Assembly (NCBI RefSeq): GCF_009914755.1
Contig: NC_060925.1
Length of the DNA: 64,000 bases
Reading direction: 5' to 3' (one strand)
Origin: the human T2T-CHM13v2.0 reference genome, Homo sapiens
The notes beneath the pieces are model-generated. The model ran no database searches. It was not told the origin of the DNA and saw only the letters and a list, made by a program, of their open reading frames with translations. Below, one piece after another: positions 27,931 to 43,535 of the stretch (positions within the stretch are counted from its first letter, which is position 1; each line of letters begins with the position of its first letter). The position numbers and the translations under genes are program-made.

Positions 27931-28137
27931 ACGGGATGCTTGTTGTACATGACTGGCAGAAACTCATCCACTGGCAGCATCTTCCCAAAAGGATTGGCTC
28001 CAACCAGCTTCTGTGCTCCTTCCAGAGAGATGACGTAGCCCAGGGTCCAGTAGGAATAGTCGGCTTCGACCAGGTTTGCCACATTGGGCACTGCTTTCTC
28101 TGGCTCCTTTACTTGCATCCTCTTCCTACCAATATAA
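27931..28137 (-). CDS. COLGALT2: COLGALT2 putative exon 11
   Basis: ccttacag|T acceptor and GT|gtgagt donor; 207 nt. Encodes [17 protein letters not shown]...YSYWTLGY...[14 protein letters not shown]. Confidence 0.96.
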
Positions 28138-29129
28138 CTGTAAGGAAATGGCAGAGGAGAAAAATTCCACCTTGACTATTATGCCATGATAAGGATGAAG
28201 CACAGCTTTGGTTTACATAGATACCTCTGAAATCCTGGACTGACTCTGTCTGTCATTAAATGATGTATCACATCCAAAAGTGGATCCAATCGCCAGTCAG
28301 GACTGCCATCTGCCATCACTGGGGCCATTTTGCTAGCTCCATTTATCAACACCCCCACTATTCCTGCCTAGTGGACGGTTTTCAAGACGGAAAGTAAGAT
28401 GTCGTAAGATTAAAAGATCTTTCAGATCATTTCTTAAAGATGGGATGGGGCTTCCAGCTGTGTTTACAGAGGTTGGAAAGGCACAAAAAAAGGCCAGATG
28501 GGAGAATCCTGAGGCTGCTGTCTTCAGGTCCCCAGAGTGTCAGCCTTGGATGCCTTCTGCACAGCACTCCGAGTGCTGGTGGGAAACACAGGACCAAATA
28601 AGCTGGGGGAAAGAGTCAGTCTGCAGTGAAGGTTCTGGGAACCCAAGAGTGGCCCTAAGGGGTTCCTTTTGGGGAGGATGAATGACAGCTCCTGACAGGC
28701 ATTCTCCTGCCTCACACTCGTCCAGCTGTGGCCAGGCTTCCTCCCAGACATGCTGCTCTGAGAAAGGCCCCCCAGGCACCTTCCGTCCTCCGTGAACAAC
28801 TTCTACAACACAGGATGCACCTTTGGCCACTCCCATCTTCCCTAGTCTACCCATGGATCTGTGCTCCATTACTTTTGTCCGGAACCTATTGATTTGGGCT
28901 TGACTGGAGCAACCTGAGGAGTTGCCTCCTTCTTGCCTGCCAGGTAAAGCAGTACTTCCTCTATTTTGCCCTAAAACAATCTCTTTCAACATTCAAGGGA
29001 TTCCCCCTTGTGAAAGCATCCCAGGATTTGTAGAACAAGTCTATGTTCAATCTTCAGTTCTTCTGAGAACAACAAACATATATCCCCAGCCACTCTCTCT
29101 TCAGATTACGGAGTCTGAGCTTCTCTCGT

Positions 29130-29890
29130 GTCTCATCCAGTGGAAGGGAAACTCTTATCGAGCACTTGAGAGGAACTAGAGTGATAGAGGTGCTGAGTTA
29201 ATGCTCTAACTTTAATTAATTTAATTTTAAATGTTGAAGCTGTGTGAAATATATATATTTTTTCCATGAAACAAGTTCATTGTTTTGGTAGGACGACAGT
29301 TTACTTTTTTTTTTTTTTTATGGAGCCTTGCTCTGTCGCCCAGGCTGGAGTGCAGTGGTGCAATCTGAGCTCACTGTAAGCTCCGCCTCCTGGGTTCATG
29401 CCAGTCTCCTGCCTCAGCCTCCTGAGTAGCTGGGACTACAGGAGCCCGCCACCATGCCCGGCTAATTTTTTGTATTTTTACTAGAGACGTGGTTTCACCG
29501 TGTTAGCCAGGATGGTCTCGATCTCCTGACCTCGTGATCCACCCGCCTCGGCCTCCCAAAGTGCTGGGATTACAGGCGTGAGCCACTGCGCCCAGCCCAG
29601 TTTACTTAAACAGCTGAAAATTTAGCTTCTGGATTGAGAGGTGTTCTAAGTGTAAAATACATACCAGATTTTGAAGAGTTGGTACAAAAAAAAAAAGAAG
29701 GTAAACTATGTCATTAATGGTTTTAAAATATTAATTACATACCAAAATGATGATACTGTTTGGATATTTTTGTTAAATAAAATGTATTAAAACTAATTTA
29801 GTCTAATTTATTTTTACCTTTTTAATGTGATTACTAGAAAACTGAAAATGACATATGTGGCTTGCATTATATTTCTATTGAACAACACTC
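29130..29890. mobile_element. Charlie1-like hAT fragment split by an Alu
   Basis: aagtgtaaaatacataccagattttgaag...actagaaaactgaaaatgacatatgtggcttgcattatatttctattgaaca terminus; left boundary approximate. Confidence 0.65.
29307..29597 (-). mobile_element. AluY-like element with TSD
   Basis: aagctccgcctcc and ccgtgttagccaggatggtctcgatctcctgacctcgtga diagnostics; TSD cagtttactt at 29297-29306 and 29598-29607. Confidence 0.95.
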
Positions 29891-30779
29891 CCTCAATGAT
29901 TCCAATGACTTGTTCTATTCTTCCCTTTTATTATTTTCTTTTCCTGGAAAGATGTAATGTGGCAATCATGAACAGCTTATTACCTTTCATGTTTTAGGTT
30001 TAAGTAACATTTGTTTCTTTTTTGTTTTAGAAAATAACAGGTACAATTTAAAACTGTTACAGTTCTTTAAGACTATATAATAGATTTTAAGGGGATATTT
30101 TGACTTGATCAACCTGTGAAATTTAGAAAACATTTTTTTCCTGTATCCTTATCAAGACAACTGTTCTTCCTTCTTGCATCTGTCGGTACTTTGTCCTGAG
30201 AAATGCACCCACCGAACTACATGTGAACGGGAACGTATGCCAGCTCTAAACCTTAGATTCTCTGGGCTCAGTCTTCTGTGATTATGAGGCTTAAGTGAAG
30301 TTGCCTTTATACAAGTCACGTGGACATCAAGTAGCTTCCAGGCCTGTGAGGCCTTAACCACAGGCTGCGGAGCCATCCATTGAGAAAGGCTGAAGTGCAG
30401 CGACTTCTGGAGGATATAGGAAGAAACAGTGATCTCAAGGGACTGTGCAGAATGCCAAACCAAACCACATGACCACATGACTGAAATCTGACAGGGCATA
30501 GGTGTCTTATTACACAGTGACGCATTAGTTGAGCCATTGCTAGGTTTCTTCTGAGCTCAGAGTGGCCCATTTTCTGAGGGAACAAGTATTCCACCTGGGC
30601 CCACAGTTAAATACCGCCTGTGGGTGGGAGAAGCAGGGACAGCTCCTCTGCTGCAGCTGCTCCAAAGAAGCAGGCTCAGAGTTGATGAATTGCCTTTGAC
30701 ACACAGCTGGGAGCAAACACAATGCTTGGGAACTTTCTGCTTCATTGGAGAGAAATTGAAAGTGTCATTTGTTTTAAAA

Positions 30780-30908
30780 AGAAAATGAGAGAGAGAAAGG
30801 AGGAGGCAGAGGAGGAAGAAGAAAAAGGAAAGAGGAAGGGAGAGAGGGAGAGGAAAAATGAAAGGGAAGGGAAGGAAAAATGAAAGGGAAGGGAAGAAAA
30901 AAGCAGAA
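30780..30908 (+). repeat. Polypurine (GA-rich) low-complexity tract
   Basis: Nearly pure A/G, with a repeated ggaaaaatgaaagggaagggaag unit. Confidence 0.85.
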
Positions 30909-31545
30909 GCCACTCAATTCCCAGAGAGTAGACAAAGAACATTAACTAAATGTCAGCTCAGAGCCAGCACTCCCTTGGTGAGCCTGGTTTTCCTGCATCA
31001 GCCTCAGACCCTTCCCCAAATCTAGTTGTCCATGTTCTTCATGTTTGTGCAGCCCCATTTCCCAACAGAGGAGCTCCCTGGCTGACCCTCTAACCTCCCA
31101 CCTTCTCGGAAGCTGCAGAGGCAACCTGCTGTCCCGGGAGCTGAGTCTTAAATATGACACAGGACTTTAGAGCTTGAATAAATGGCCTCTTCTCCAGCTT
31201 CACACCCACTCCATGTGCCACGTTAATTGAGGGTGGGATTTCTGCTGTGCTCCTAAGTAAGTGCTCAGTGCCACACCTTGGTTCTGTCTGAAGGTCCCTG
31301 ATCTGCAGGCCGACTCCAGGTCTCAGACAATCTTCCACAGTTTCCCACCCTGAAGAGTAGAAGGATGCAAAATCCAGTGGCTAACCTCTACCCATTTTTA
31401 TTTCTGAGAACATTTATGGAAAGAAAACTAGATAAGTGGAAGCTTAAGCTGTATCTCCTACTGGCTGTGGAGGTGGGGCTCTCTGCGCATTGGAAAGGAC
31501 TGAGTGCCTCTCAGAGCCCTCTCGTAAGATCATCTTGTCACTCAC

Positions 31546-31673
31546 ATCAGTTCCCAGTCCAGCTGAGCCTGGTCAATGTTATCCATCAGCTTCATCAGCT
31601 TCTTCTTAAACTGATGCTCAAAACGCACATCGTCTTCAATTACAAGAGTCTTCTCTAGCTCTCGATCAATTAC
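31546..31673 (-). CDS. COLGALT2: COLGALT2 putative exon 10 (contains the EDD motif)
   Basis: tttgcag|GTA acceptor and AT|gtgagt donor; 128 nt. Encodes VIDRELEKTLVIEDDVRFEHQFKKKLMKLMDNIDQAQLDWEL. Not present in the ORF track. Confidence 0.95.
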
Positions 31674-31759
31674 CTGCAAAAGTCATCAGTAGGAAGATAC
31701 CCTATGAAAAGTTTGAAACCCAATTTTTATTAGATAAATAAGTATTAAAAAGTCACGAG

Positions 31760-32190
31760 TCTAGTAGCACAGATTCATAACTGGAATCTAAGCAAATGGC
31801 CATCAACAGTAGAATAGATAATAAACTTTGGAATATTCACAGCAGTGAGGATATATGATCACAATTAAACGCAACGTTATAGGTGAATCTCCTAAATGTC
31901 ATGTTAGGAGAGTACACATACTGCATGATTCCATTCATATAAGGGAAAGTACAAACAAAGGTAAAGCTATTCAATGCCTTTAGAAGTCAGGATGGTGACT
32001 GCCCTTGGGGACTGATGACCAGAAGGCAGTACGGGGTGGGGGGGTGCTTGTGGGATGCTGGTTACCTGCTTCTGGATCTGTGTACTGATTAACATGGGTG
32101 TGTTGTTTGGTTTGTGAAATTTCCCTGAGCTGTATCTTTTGATCTATATCTTTTTATACCTATTTATCACATTTCACTTAAAGTTTAAAG
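31760..32190 (+). mobile_element. L1ME-like 3' end
   Basis: catcaacagtagaatagataataaact...tactgcatgattccattcatata...gaagtcaggatggtgact motifs. Confidence 0.7.
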
Positions 32191-32781
32191 AAAACAAAGG
32201 CAGGCATAGACTGGATCATTAAAAGAGAAAGTGTTCAAGGGGCCTTTCTTCAGGGACTTTCTTTTTGGTTGTGGAAACTGACTGTTTATCAGGAACCCCA
32301 CACACCAATATCTGCTCCAGATATGTCTTGATCTGTAAGACAGGGGTTCCACTTCTGGCTCTGCCACTTCTTACCGGGTCAAGCTACTTAATAATTTCTT
32401 CTTCGGTAAAGGTGGTCTGTCCTTCCCAACCCACCTCACATGACTTCTGTGTGATTTCTTGTATAAAATCACTTAATAAGTGATGTCATAATAGGTATAA
32501 TAGAAGGCATTCCTGCTAATGATGATAATGAATTAATAAGAGTGTGGCACACAGGACATGGGTGTCTCCCCCGTCACCACCCCAAGTGGCACCAAAGCTA
32601 CTCCTCCTTGCCCCTTTGTTGCTGGTCTTGGGTCAGAGGGAGACACAAGGCAGGAGCAGCTCTCATGCACATTTCCAGAACAGTTGCGGGCTCACTTTAC
32701 ATCTGGCCCTAACTCACCTACGATAGCCTGCTTTCCTTTCTCCTCATCATAAAACTGCAATCTGAATAAAGCATTATTTAC

Positions 32782-32914
32782 CTCTTTCCAGACTGAGTAG
32801 TGGCTGAGAAAGCAGCCGATTTCACCCCTTGTTAGAGGCCTGGAGGAATAGGGATCTCGATAGCCAGGCAGCATTTCAATATTCAGTGCCTTCAGCTGGC
32901 TTGTGTTGAGTGCC
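32782..32914 (-). CDS. COLGALT2: COLGALT2 putative exon 9
   Basis: gatgcag|G acceptor and GAG|gtaaat donor; 133 nt. Encodes [44 protein letters not shown], carrying the GT25 GEIGCFLSH motif. Confidence 0.96.
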
Positions 32915-33289
32915 CTGCATCACATAAAACACGTCTGGAGATTAACAAGTCAAAGGTCCCCACCACAAAGGCCAGAGAAAGAGAGAGTTAGTTCTGCAAA
33001 CACCCCTCCCCCACACAGACAAAGACAGAGAGGCTTCCCTTTATTCCTTAGAAGTTCCTCCAGGCTAATGTGTCACACTAGTATTATGAGGTCTGGGAAG
33101 ACAAGAGGGTATCATATTTTTGTGTATCCCTCATAGTGCCCAACATAGTTCTAAGCATCATCAGTTTTTTGACAAGATTTAATAAGTACACTCCTATGGA
33201 AATTAGTTAAAGTACTGCAATAATCCAAGGAGTGTTTGATCAAGACCTACTGCTGAATCTCTGTTAACACAGTGAGCTTTGTGAAGTTC

Positions 33290-37232
<3,943 letters not shown>

Positions 37233-37292
37233 CTAGTTTCCCTGGTCCATGTGGTCTATGAATGGGACTGGTGTTCTTGGAGGTATTTGAAG

Positions 37293-37633
37293 CAGTGGTT
37301 CCTAAACTCTACTGCACCCAAGAATAGGGCTGACAGATTTAGGAAGTGAAAAACACAAAACACTCAGTCAAATTTAAGTTTCAGATAAATAATGGATAAT
37401 TTTTTAGTATAACCAAGCCCCATGTGATGTTTGGGACAAATTTAACTGGCTATCCAGTATTTTATGGGGCAATCCTGTCTAAGAATCACCTTGAGGCTTC
37501 TTAAATGCAGATCCTGGGTCCAGCCTCAGAGAGCATAATTCAGCAGGTCTGAGATGGGACTGAGGGAGCTGTCCCCTTAACCATCCGTGGGGACTCTGAT
37601 GTGAGTGTCCAGGTCACACTTTGGGAAACACTG
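37293..37633. mobile_element. MER5-like hAT element interrupted by MER53
   Basis: TIRs cagtggttcc...gggaaacactg; aaatgcagatcctggg and caggtctgagatggg motifs. Confidence 0.7.
37325..37477. mobile_element. MER53-like element, internally deleted
   Basis: tagggctgacagatttag...ttcagataaataatg...tttgggaca|aatttaactgg...ggcaatcctg; degenerate 8-bp TSD cccaagaa/tctaagaa. Confidence 0.7.
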
Positions 37634-38356
37634 ATGAGATTCTCTAAGGGAGTCATAAAAACTTCAACAGCTGCTAGCCATACTCCTTAGTTGGAGTTAT
37701 GCAAATAGAAAACAAAGCTACTGATATTCTAAACCAACATATAACATGGAAAGGCACATTTTATAAAAATCTATGCCTTGAAATAGTTTAGGGTGTCAAA
37801 TAAAAGGGCAAAGCTGAACAAAATAAAAAAAAAAAAAAAGAAGGGATCTAACTAGGTTCCCTGTGTTACTTTCCTGCCATATTTCCAGGAAAAGTGGCCA
37901 CTATGATCGGTCCAGGCAGATTGTGGCAGGCATCTCATGCAACAGGAAATGTACACCTTTATGCATTTTCCATCTATTTTCTTCAGATTGACCAAGTTTC
38001 AGCACTTTATGCTCTAATTCAGCTCTGAACACAATTCTGAACACATTCCTTCTGTTACACTACAGAAGGCTGAAAACCACCACAACTGTTGCAAGAACCC
38101 CCAGAGACGGGACAATCACATCCAATGTGAGCCTTCAGTGTAATGAAGACCAAAGACCACTGGCTGGTGAGTGGATTTCAGGCCTGCTCTACAGGATGAA
38201 ATTAACTTAAATGCTACTACAGGTGGCCGTTTTGAAAATAAGACTATCCTCTAATGACCGAAGAGACTTAGAGCCCCACCTGGGACTAACTCTCTGTCAG
38301 AGAAGACACATCCACACTCCAATCACATCTGCAATGGGAGAAGAAACCCAACTCAC

Positions 38357-38463
38357 TTTCCATCCACAGCCTCGACAATCTTGACCTCAATCTCCTGTTC
38401 ATACAGTGTGCGCAGCATCCGGTCCCGCCTGTCCTTTCTGCGTTTGAGGTTTATCATGAAAAT
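38357..38463 (-). CDS. COLGALT2: COLGALT2 putative exon 8 (start of the GT25 domain)
   Basis: cttcttgcattag|ATT acceptor and AA|gtgagt donor; 107 nt. Encodes [35 protein letters not shown]. Confidence 0.96.
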
Positions 38464-38769
38464 CTAATGCAAGAAGGAAAAGGGAAAAGACACATAAATT
38501 ACTCAAGTCTTCTTTTAGGCTGTTTGAAAAGTTTAGTAAATGTTTTAGATAGAAGAAGGAGTGGAAAAGATAGGAAGAACTGTCGTGAAAATTCATTTCT
38601 ATCTCATATCAGTGTTTAAGGTAAATGATACTAATTCAAACTGAATTATTTTCAAAACTCAACTCTTCGTAGTGACTTAACTCTCTTTGTTTTTCTGATG
38701 TTCATTGATAAATATGTTCTCCCTTCTCTTGAAATAGGAAAGTTTAAAAAACTACTCTTTAAGAGGTCA

Positions 38770-39430
38770 AAGGACAATACGATCCTATGTTTAGAAAAAC
38801 CTAAAGATGCCACCAAAAAACCATTAGAATTGATAAACAGCTTCAGTAAAGTTGCAAGATACAAAGTCAACGCACAAAAATCATTAGCATTTATATATGC
38901 TAACAACAATCTGAAAAAGAAATAGAAAAAGCAATCCCATTTATAGTAACTACAAAAAAATTTAATAATACTCAGGAATAAATTTAACCAAAGAAGGTAA
39001 AGATCTTTATAATGAAAACTATAAAACACTGATGGAAAAAAATGGAAGGATATTAAGAAAAGAAAGATATCCCATGTTCATAGATTGGAATAATTAATAT
39101 TGCTAAAATGTCCATACTATCAAATGTGATAAACAGATTCAGTGCAATCTCTACCAAAATACAAATGACATTTTTCATAGAACCAGAAAAAAATCTTAAA
39201 ATTTTCATGGAACCACAAAAGACCCTGAATAGTCAAAGCTGTCCTGAGCAAAAAGAACAAGGCTTGAGGCAGCACACTACCTGCCTTCAAAATATTCTAC
39301 AAAGCTATAGTAACCAAAACAGCATGGTACTGGCATAAGAATAGACAACACGTAGACCATGGAACAGAATAGAGAACCAGAAATAAGTGCACACATTTAC
39401 AGCCAACTCATTTTCAACAAGGACAACAAG
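38770..39430 (+). mobile_element. L1 ORF2 fragment (L1MA/PB-like)
   Basis: Remnant translation EKPKDATKKPLELINSFSKVARYKVN; acagcatggtactggcataa motif. Confidence 0.85.
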
Positions 39431-42112
39431 AGTTACAGATAATGAGGATGTCCTCACTATTCCCAGACTTAATGAACCATAGAAGTATCTAAAGCTTTGT
39501 GAATGCCTTTACACGTAAATCAATGTTTTAATAAGGTCCTTTTGCTACAAATAGTAAGAAACTCATTTTAAATGTTAAACTAGTGACTTTAACTGCCAGT
39601 GAGAAATGAGGATGACACATAGCATGGTAAAGCAGAAACCTATAGAAACAAGTCAGGTGGTGTTGACTTCATCCTGACTAACCATCTGGATGACTTTGAG
39701 GAGACATTAATGTTTATGGGTCCAGTTCTATAAAAATAGGGAGGTGCACAAACTCATCTTTCAAATTCAGTACAGATTAAAATGTTTAAGACAGGTGGTT
39801 TATAATAAAGTTGGCTTTCTGCTATGGCCAGAATAAAGGAGAAACTTTGTCTTAGAACCAGTCTGGAGTTCAGATTGTACTGTGTTAAGGTTTGGTTCAC
39901 ATGGTCATTCTGAATGCAGTCATAAATATATGTTTCACTGGAATTAAAAGCTACACTAACTAAAATTTCAACCCTTCCTTGCAAAATATTCTCATTTCTA
40001 TCCATTTATAAATCCCTGGGTGTAGAAACTGATGGAGGAGCAAGATATTCCCTTTGAAGAAATTGTCCACCTGATTTAGGGCCAAGTAGATTAAGTGCAT
40101 CCTAATTTTACTACCTTCCTTGTTTACCTAACTGGGTAATTATTTTGTAAAAAACATAATTTTCTGTGGTGACTCTATTTGCCTCATTACTTGGGACTTT
40201 ATAACTTAATGGGTTGTGTTCTTTTAGTCAGAATCATACTGTGATGGGTCATGCCTCATCCCCTAATTTTCCAGATATGGAAAGGAAAGGGCATTTTCTC
40301 AGGTATAAACATGAAGCCACCTGAGGTCACTCTAAGAGAACAAAAACAGAACAGAACAAAAAATCAACAGAAATAAATCCAAAAAGGCCCCCAAAAACAG
40401 AGACCTCCAGTCTGGGAAGACTTTCAGTAAATAACAATCCAGTTCCAGTCCCTGCCAGGACAAGTGCAATAAAACTGTAGCCACGAAGTAAAAACACAGA
40501 TGGCTCACTCACACTTAGTGAACAGTAAACAGAGAAAAGAGCATCAGAGCCAAATGCAGCCCAGACACCACCAGTGAGGTCACAGAGTCCGAGGAGGATT
40601 GAAAAGCCCCTGAAAAGCCCTTTTTCTACCATGCTATCTCTGTTCCATACAGAGAGGTGACTAACCTCAGACTCAGGAAAGTAGAGTCTCCGAGCCTGTG
40701 CCACTTCATGGAGTTGGCCTTCTCCTGAAGGGCTCTAGGAGTGACCCAGTCCTTACACCGTGTCCTGCCCAAAGAAGACCGGAACTGGAAGATCCTGGTT
40801 TTGTCTTATTTTATTTGCTTTGGTTTGGTCCTCATAGGAATGTTTTTAGGAGGAGAAATGAATCTATGTAAGGACACTTGGGTCCTTTCACCTAGGGAAC
40901 CGAGAGAGAGCTGTAGGGAAGGAAAGCTACAGTAACATGTGGAAGCTGGTCCACTGTGGGTGTGGGACAACCTTCTCTATAGCCCTGATCATTTTTAAAA
41001 ACTATTTGCAAATGAGTCTTATTCCTCTCTACTACATGTAGCTCATCTCTTCTCATTCTGCCCTTTGTGGAAATACCATAGTAGCTGTTAACTCTTCCCC
41101 ACTTAATAATCATGAAATATTCTTTCCCCCTTCCTGAAGTATAGCTCCAAATCAGTCTTACGGAAGAAATCTTAATTCCCAGTTCTAGCGTCAAATCCCT
41201 TTGAGAAGGCTGTACTCTGGGGACATGTACATATATGTATGTATATGTTACCATGTGATAAATAAGGCATCTTCCTTCGATTAATCAGTGGCAATTAGCA
41301 CCAAGCTCGAAGCCTGATCTGTTACATATCCAGAGTCCATGGAAGAGTTCTCAGTTTGTGGACTCCTGAGGCACTGCCCTAGCTTCTAGACCACCAAGCT
41401 CCTTCTGAATACTGTTCAGCAGCTACAGGGGACACCCATGAGAGAGTCAGTGATGTGGAGTCACAATCCCTGCCAAGTATCTGTTACGCATATTACCAGG
41501 AGGGGAACCTCTTAATATTTCTGCTTCATTCTTTATACAACTAAAACTTAATAATAAATACTACCCTTAGAATATTATTAGGAAGTTCTTGCCTGCTGAA
41601 AGGCAGAATTTTAGAACAAATATGTTTTTTTTTTCTTTCTTTGTCCTCTCAACCCTGCTCTCTAACCTTTTTCCATGGAAGAATAGTAGAAAGAAAAGAA
41701 AGCACAGAAAGTTCCAGAATAGTTTCCACTTGCTCAGATGTGGCAGAATAAAATTAAAGTCCTCCATATCTAAAACATGTATCCTCTGTATCTTACTCTT
41801 GAATTTTGATAAAAAGGTTGATTAAAAATATCACAATATCTGCTCCTAGAAAATATCAAATTCACTTTCATTACTAAATGGTAATTTCTTTCTAAGTAAA
41901 TGATTAACTACATTTATCATGATACTCCTTTTTTTAAGATAAGGAAACTGAGAACAACAAAAACCAAGTAGTTTTCCCAAGACCTCAGAGCCATTTCAGC
42001 AGCCAAGCCAGTCTTGCTGGCTCTCAGATGCAAGCTCAGGCTTGTGTTCCAAAATGAACACACAAGCCTGCACACGCGTGCATGTGCACACACATATAGA
42101 CACCTTTCCTAC

Positions 42113-42189
42113 CTCATCAAATCCCATCTTGTCTGGATATTTAGGGACAACTGAGACATACTGGGAGGGTTCCATTGGAGGACGGTCAA
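42113..42189 (-). CDS. COLGALT2: COLGALT2 putative exon 7
   Basis: gtcttccag|TT acceptor and GAG|gtagga donor; 77 nt. Encodes DRPPMEPSQYVSVVPKYPDKMGFDE. Confidence 0.95.
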
Positions 42190-42439
42190 CTGGAAGACAC
42201 AAGAAACATGCAGAGTGCTTTGTTAATGAAAGGGTCAGAAATCAGAATTCCATCCGCATGCCTGATCTCTAGGGTTGGAATATAACTTGGAAATACAGGG
42301 CAGGGGACAATGGCAGCAGTTCTCCAGGATTGAGTAGCCACACAGGAACCCTGCTGGTCAGGGCACTGGTTTCAGGAGCATTTGATTATATGGAGATTGC
42401 AACATTTGCTCCACTTCCCTTAAGACTTATTTCAAGAAT

Positions 42440-42680
42440 ATTTGGGAGGCAGTTTAGGATAATGGTTAAGAGGAAGGGCTCCAGAGTCGGATGATCTGGG
42501 TCCAAACCTTGGTTTGCGAAGGAGTAGGAGAGTTAGGGGACCTCTTTAAGCTCATTTCTTTGGTGTAAAATTGGGATAATAGAAGTGTATCTGTGTTATA
42601 AAATTTAAATGAGACCTGCGTGCAAAGCACTCACCACTTTAACACAGTAAATGCTCAACAACTCTTAGCTATTACTTACT
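42440..42680 (+). mobile_element. MIR
   Basis: atggttaagag...ctgggtccaaacc...tgtaaaattgggataata...agtaaatgctcaa...agctatta. Confidence 0.7.
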
Positions 42681-43006
42681 ATGGCCCATGATGAAAGAGC
42701 TCAGAAATAGGCTAGAATTTTTACTGAAAAACACTTTTTTCTCTGCATTTAAAATTGTCAAAGTGGGGGACTATTTTTATCCCACCTGGGCAGGTTTAGG
42801 TGTGGGTGCGCAAAAGGTCCATTGCTTTAACAGGATCTAACCACAGAGAGCTGGCCCATGTCTAATGGGAAGATTCCAGCTGGGAGTGACACTACTTCTT
42901 CAATAATGAAAGTTTTATTTATTTGATACTCTAAAAAAGCTTCCTTTGCAAACTATGTATTTTAAAGTTTGGAAGTAATATTGGTTAAGAAACCTGAAAA
43001 GGCCTT

Positions 43007-43078
43007 GAAGAATGTTTAGTATTATAAAAATTCAAAGTCCTCGAAGAATGTTTAGTATTATACAAATTCAAAGTCCTC
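43007..43078. repeat. Tandem duplication, 2 x 36 bp
   Basis: gaagaatgtttagtattata(a/c)aaattcaaagtcctc twice, 35/36 identical. Confidence 0.95.
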
Positions 43079-43139
43079 ATTTGATTTTCCTTAAAGGGAT
43101 AATACAAAGAAAATTTAAAATGATAGCTGGTAACTGGGT

Positions 43140-43535
43140 TGTTGAAAGAACTATGGGTAATGGCCATGACTACTGTAACGTATCTGTTCACCTCTATTCC
43201 AGGCACAGGAGAGGAATACACTCTCTTGCCCTTGAAGTTACTCAGGGCTATATGACTTTCTGGGGAAAGTTTATAGTGTGGTGCTGCTGCTCCACTCTCC
43301 AAGGGCTCCCCCGACACTGCCCTTGGTCCCACCACTGTGCTCATAGCGGCATGTGTGGATATGGATAGCAGATGTGAATTGGAAGCAGCCTGGAACATTG
43401 CATCAACACATGAAGGGCAGCTCCCAGGAAAGACACCTGCTCTGCAGACTTGGATAGCAAGAAATAAGCCATTGTTGTATGAAGCCAATCAGATTTTTAT
43501 ATTCCAGCATAACTTTGCCCATCCTGAGATACTGT
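43140..43535 (+). mobile_element. MLT1I/J-like LTR
   Basis: gcccttgaagtta...atgactt; agcaagaaataagccattgttgtatgaagcca...cagcataac...cctga 3' end. Confidence 0.65.

Noticed and set aside
30316-30550. Possible alternative exon in frame with the 31546 donor (I-RNLAMAQLMRHC...)
   Set aside because: The acceptor lacks a pyrimidine tract, and an in-frame match has about a 1 in 3 chance.
31668-31676. cag|GTAATT acceptor/donor overlap resembling a recursive splice site
   Set aside because: It is explained by Val-Ile codons, the donor match is weak and the intron is short.
42985-43488. 167-aa ORF, the longest in the track
   Set aside because: It runs antisense through an MLT1 LTR and a tandem duplication, with no coding hallmarks.
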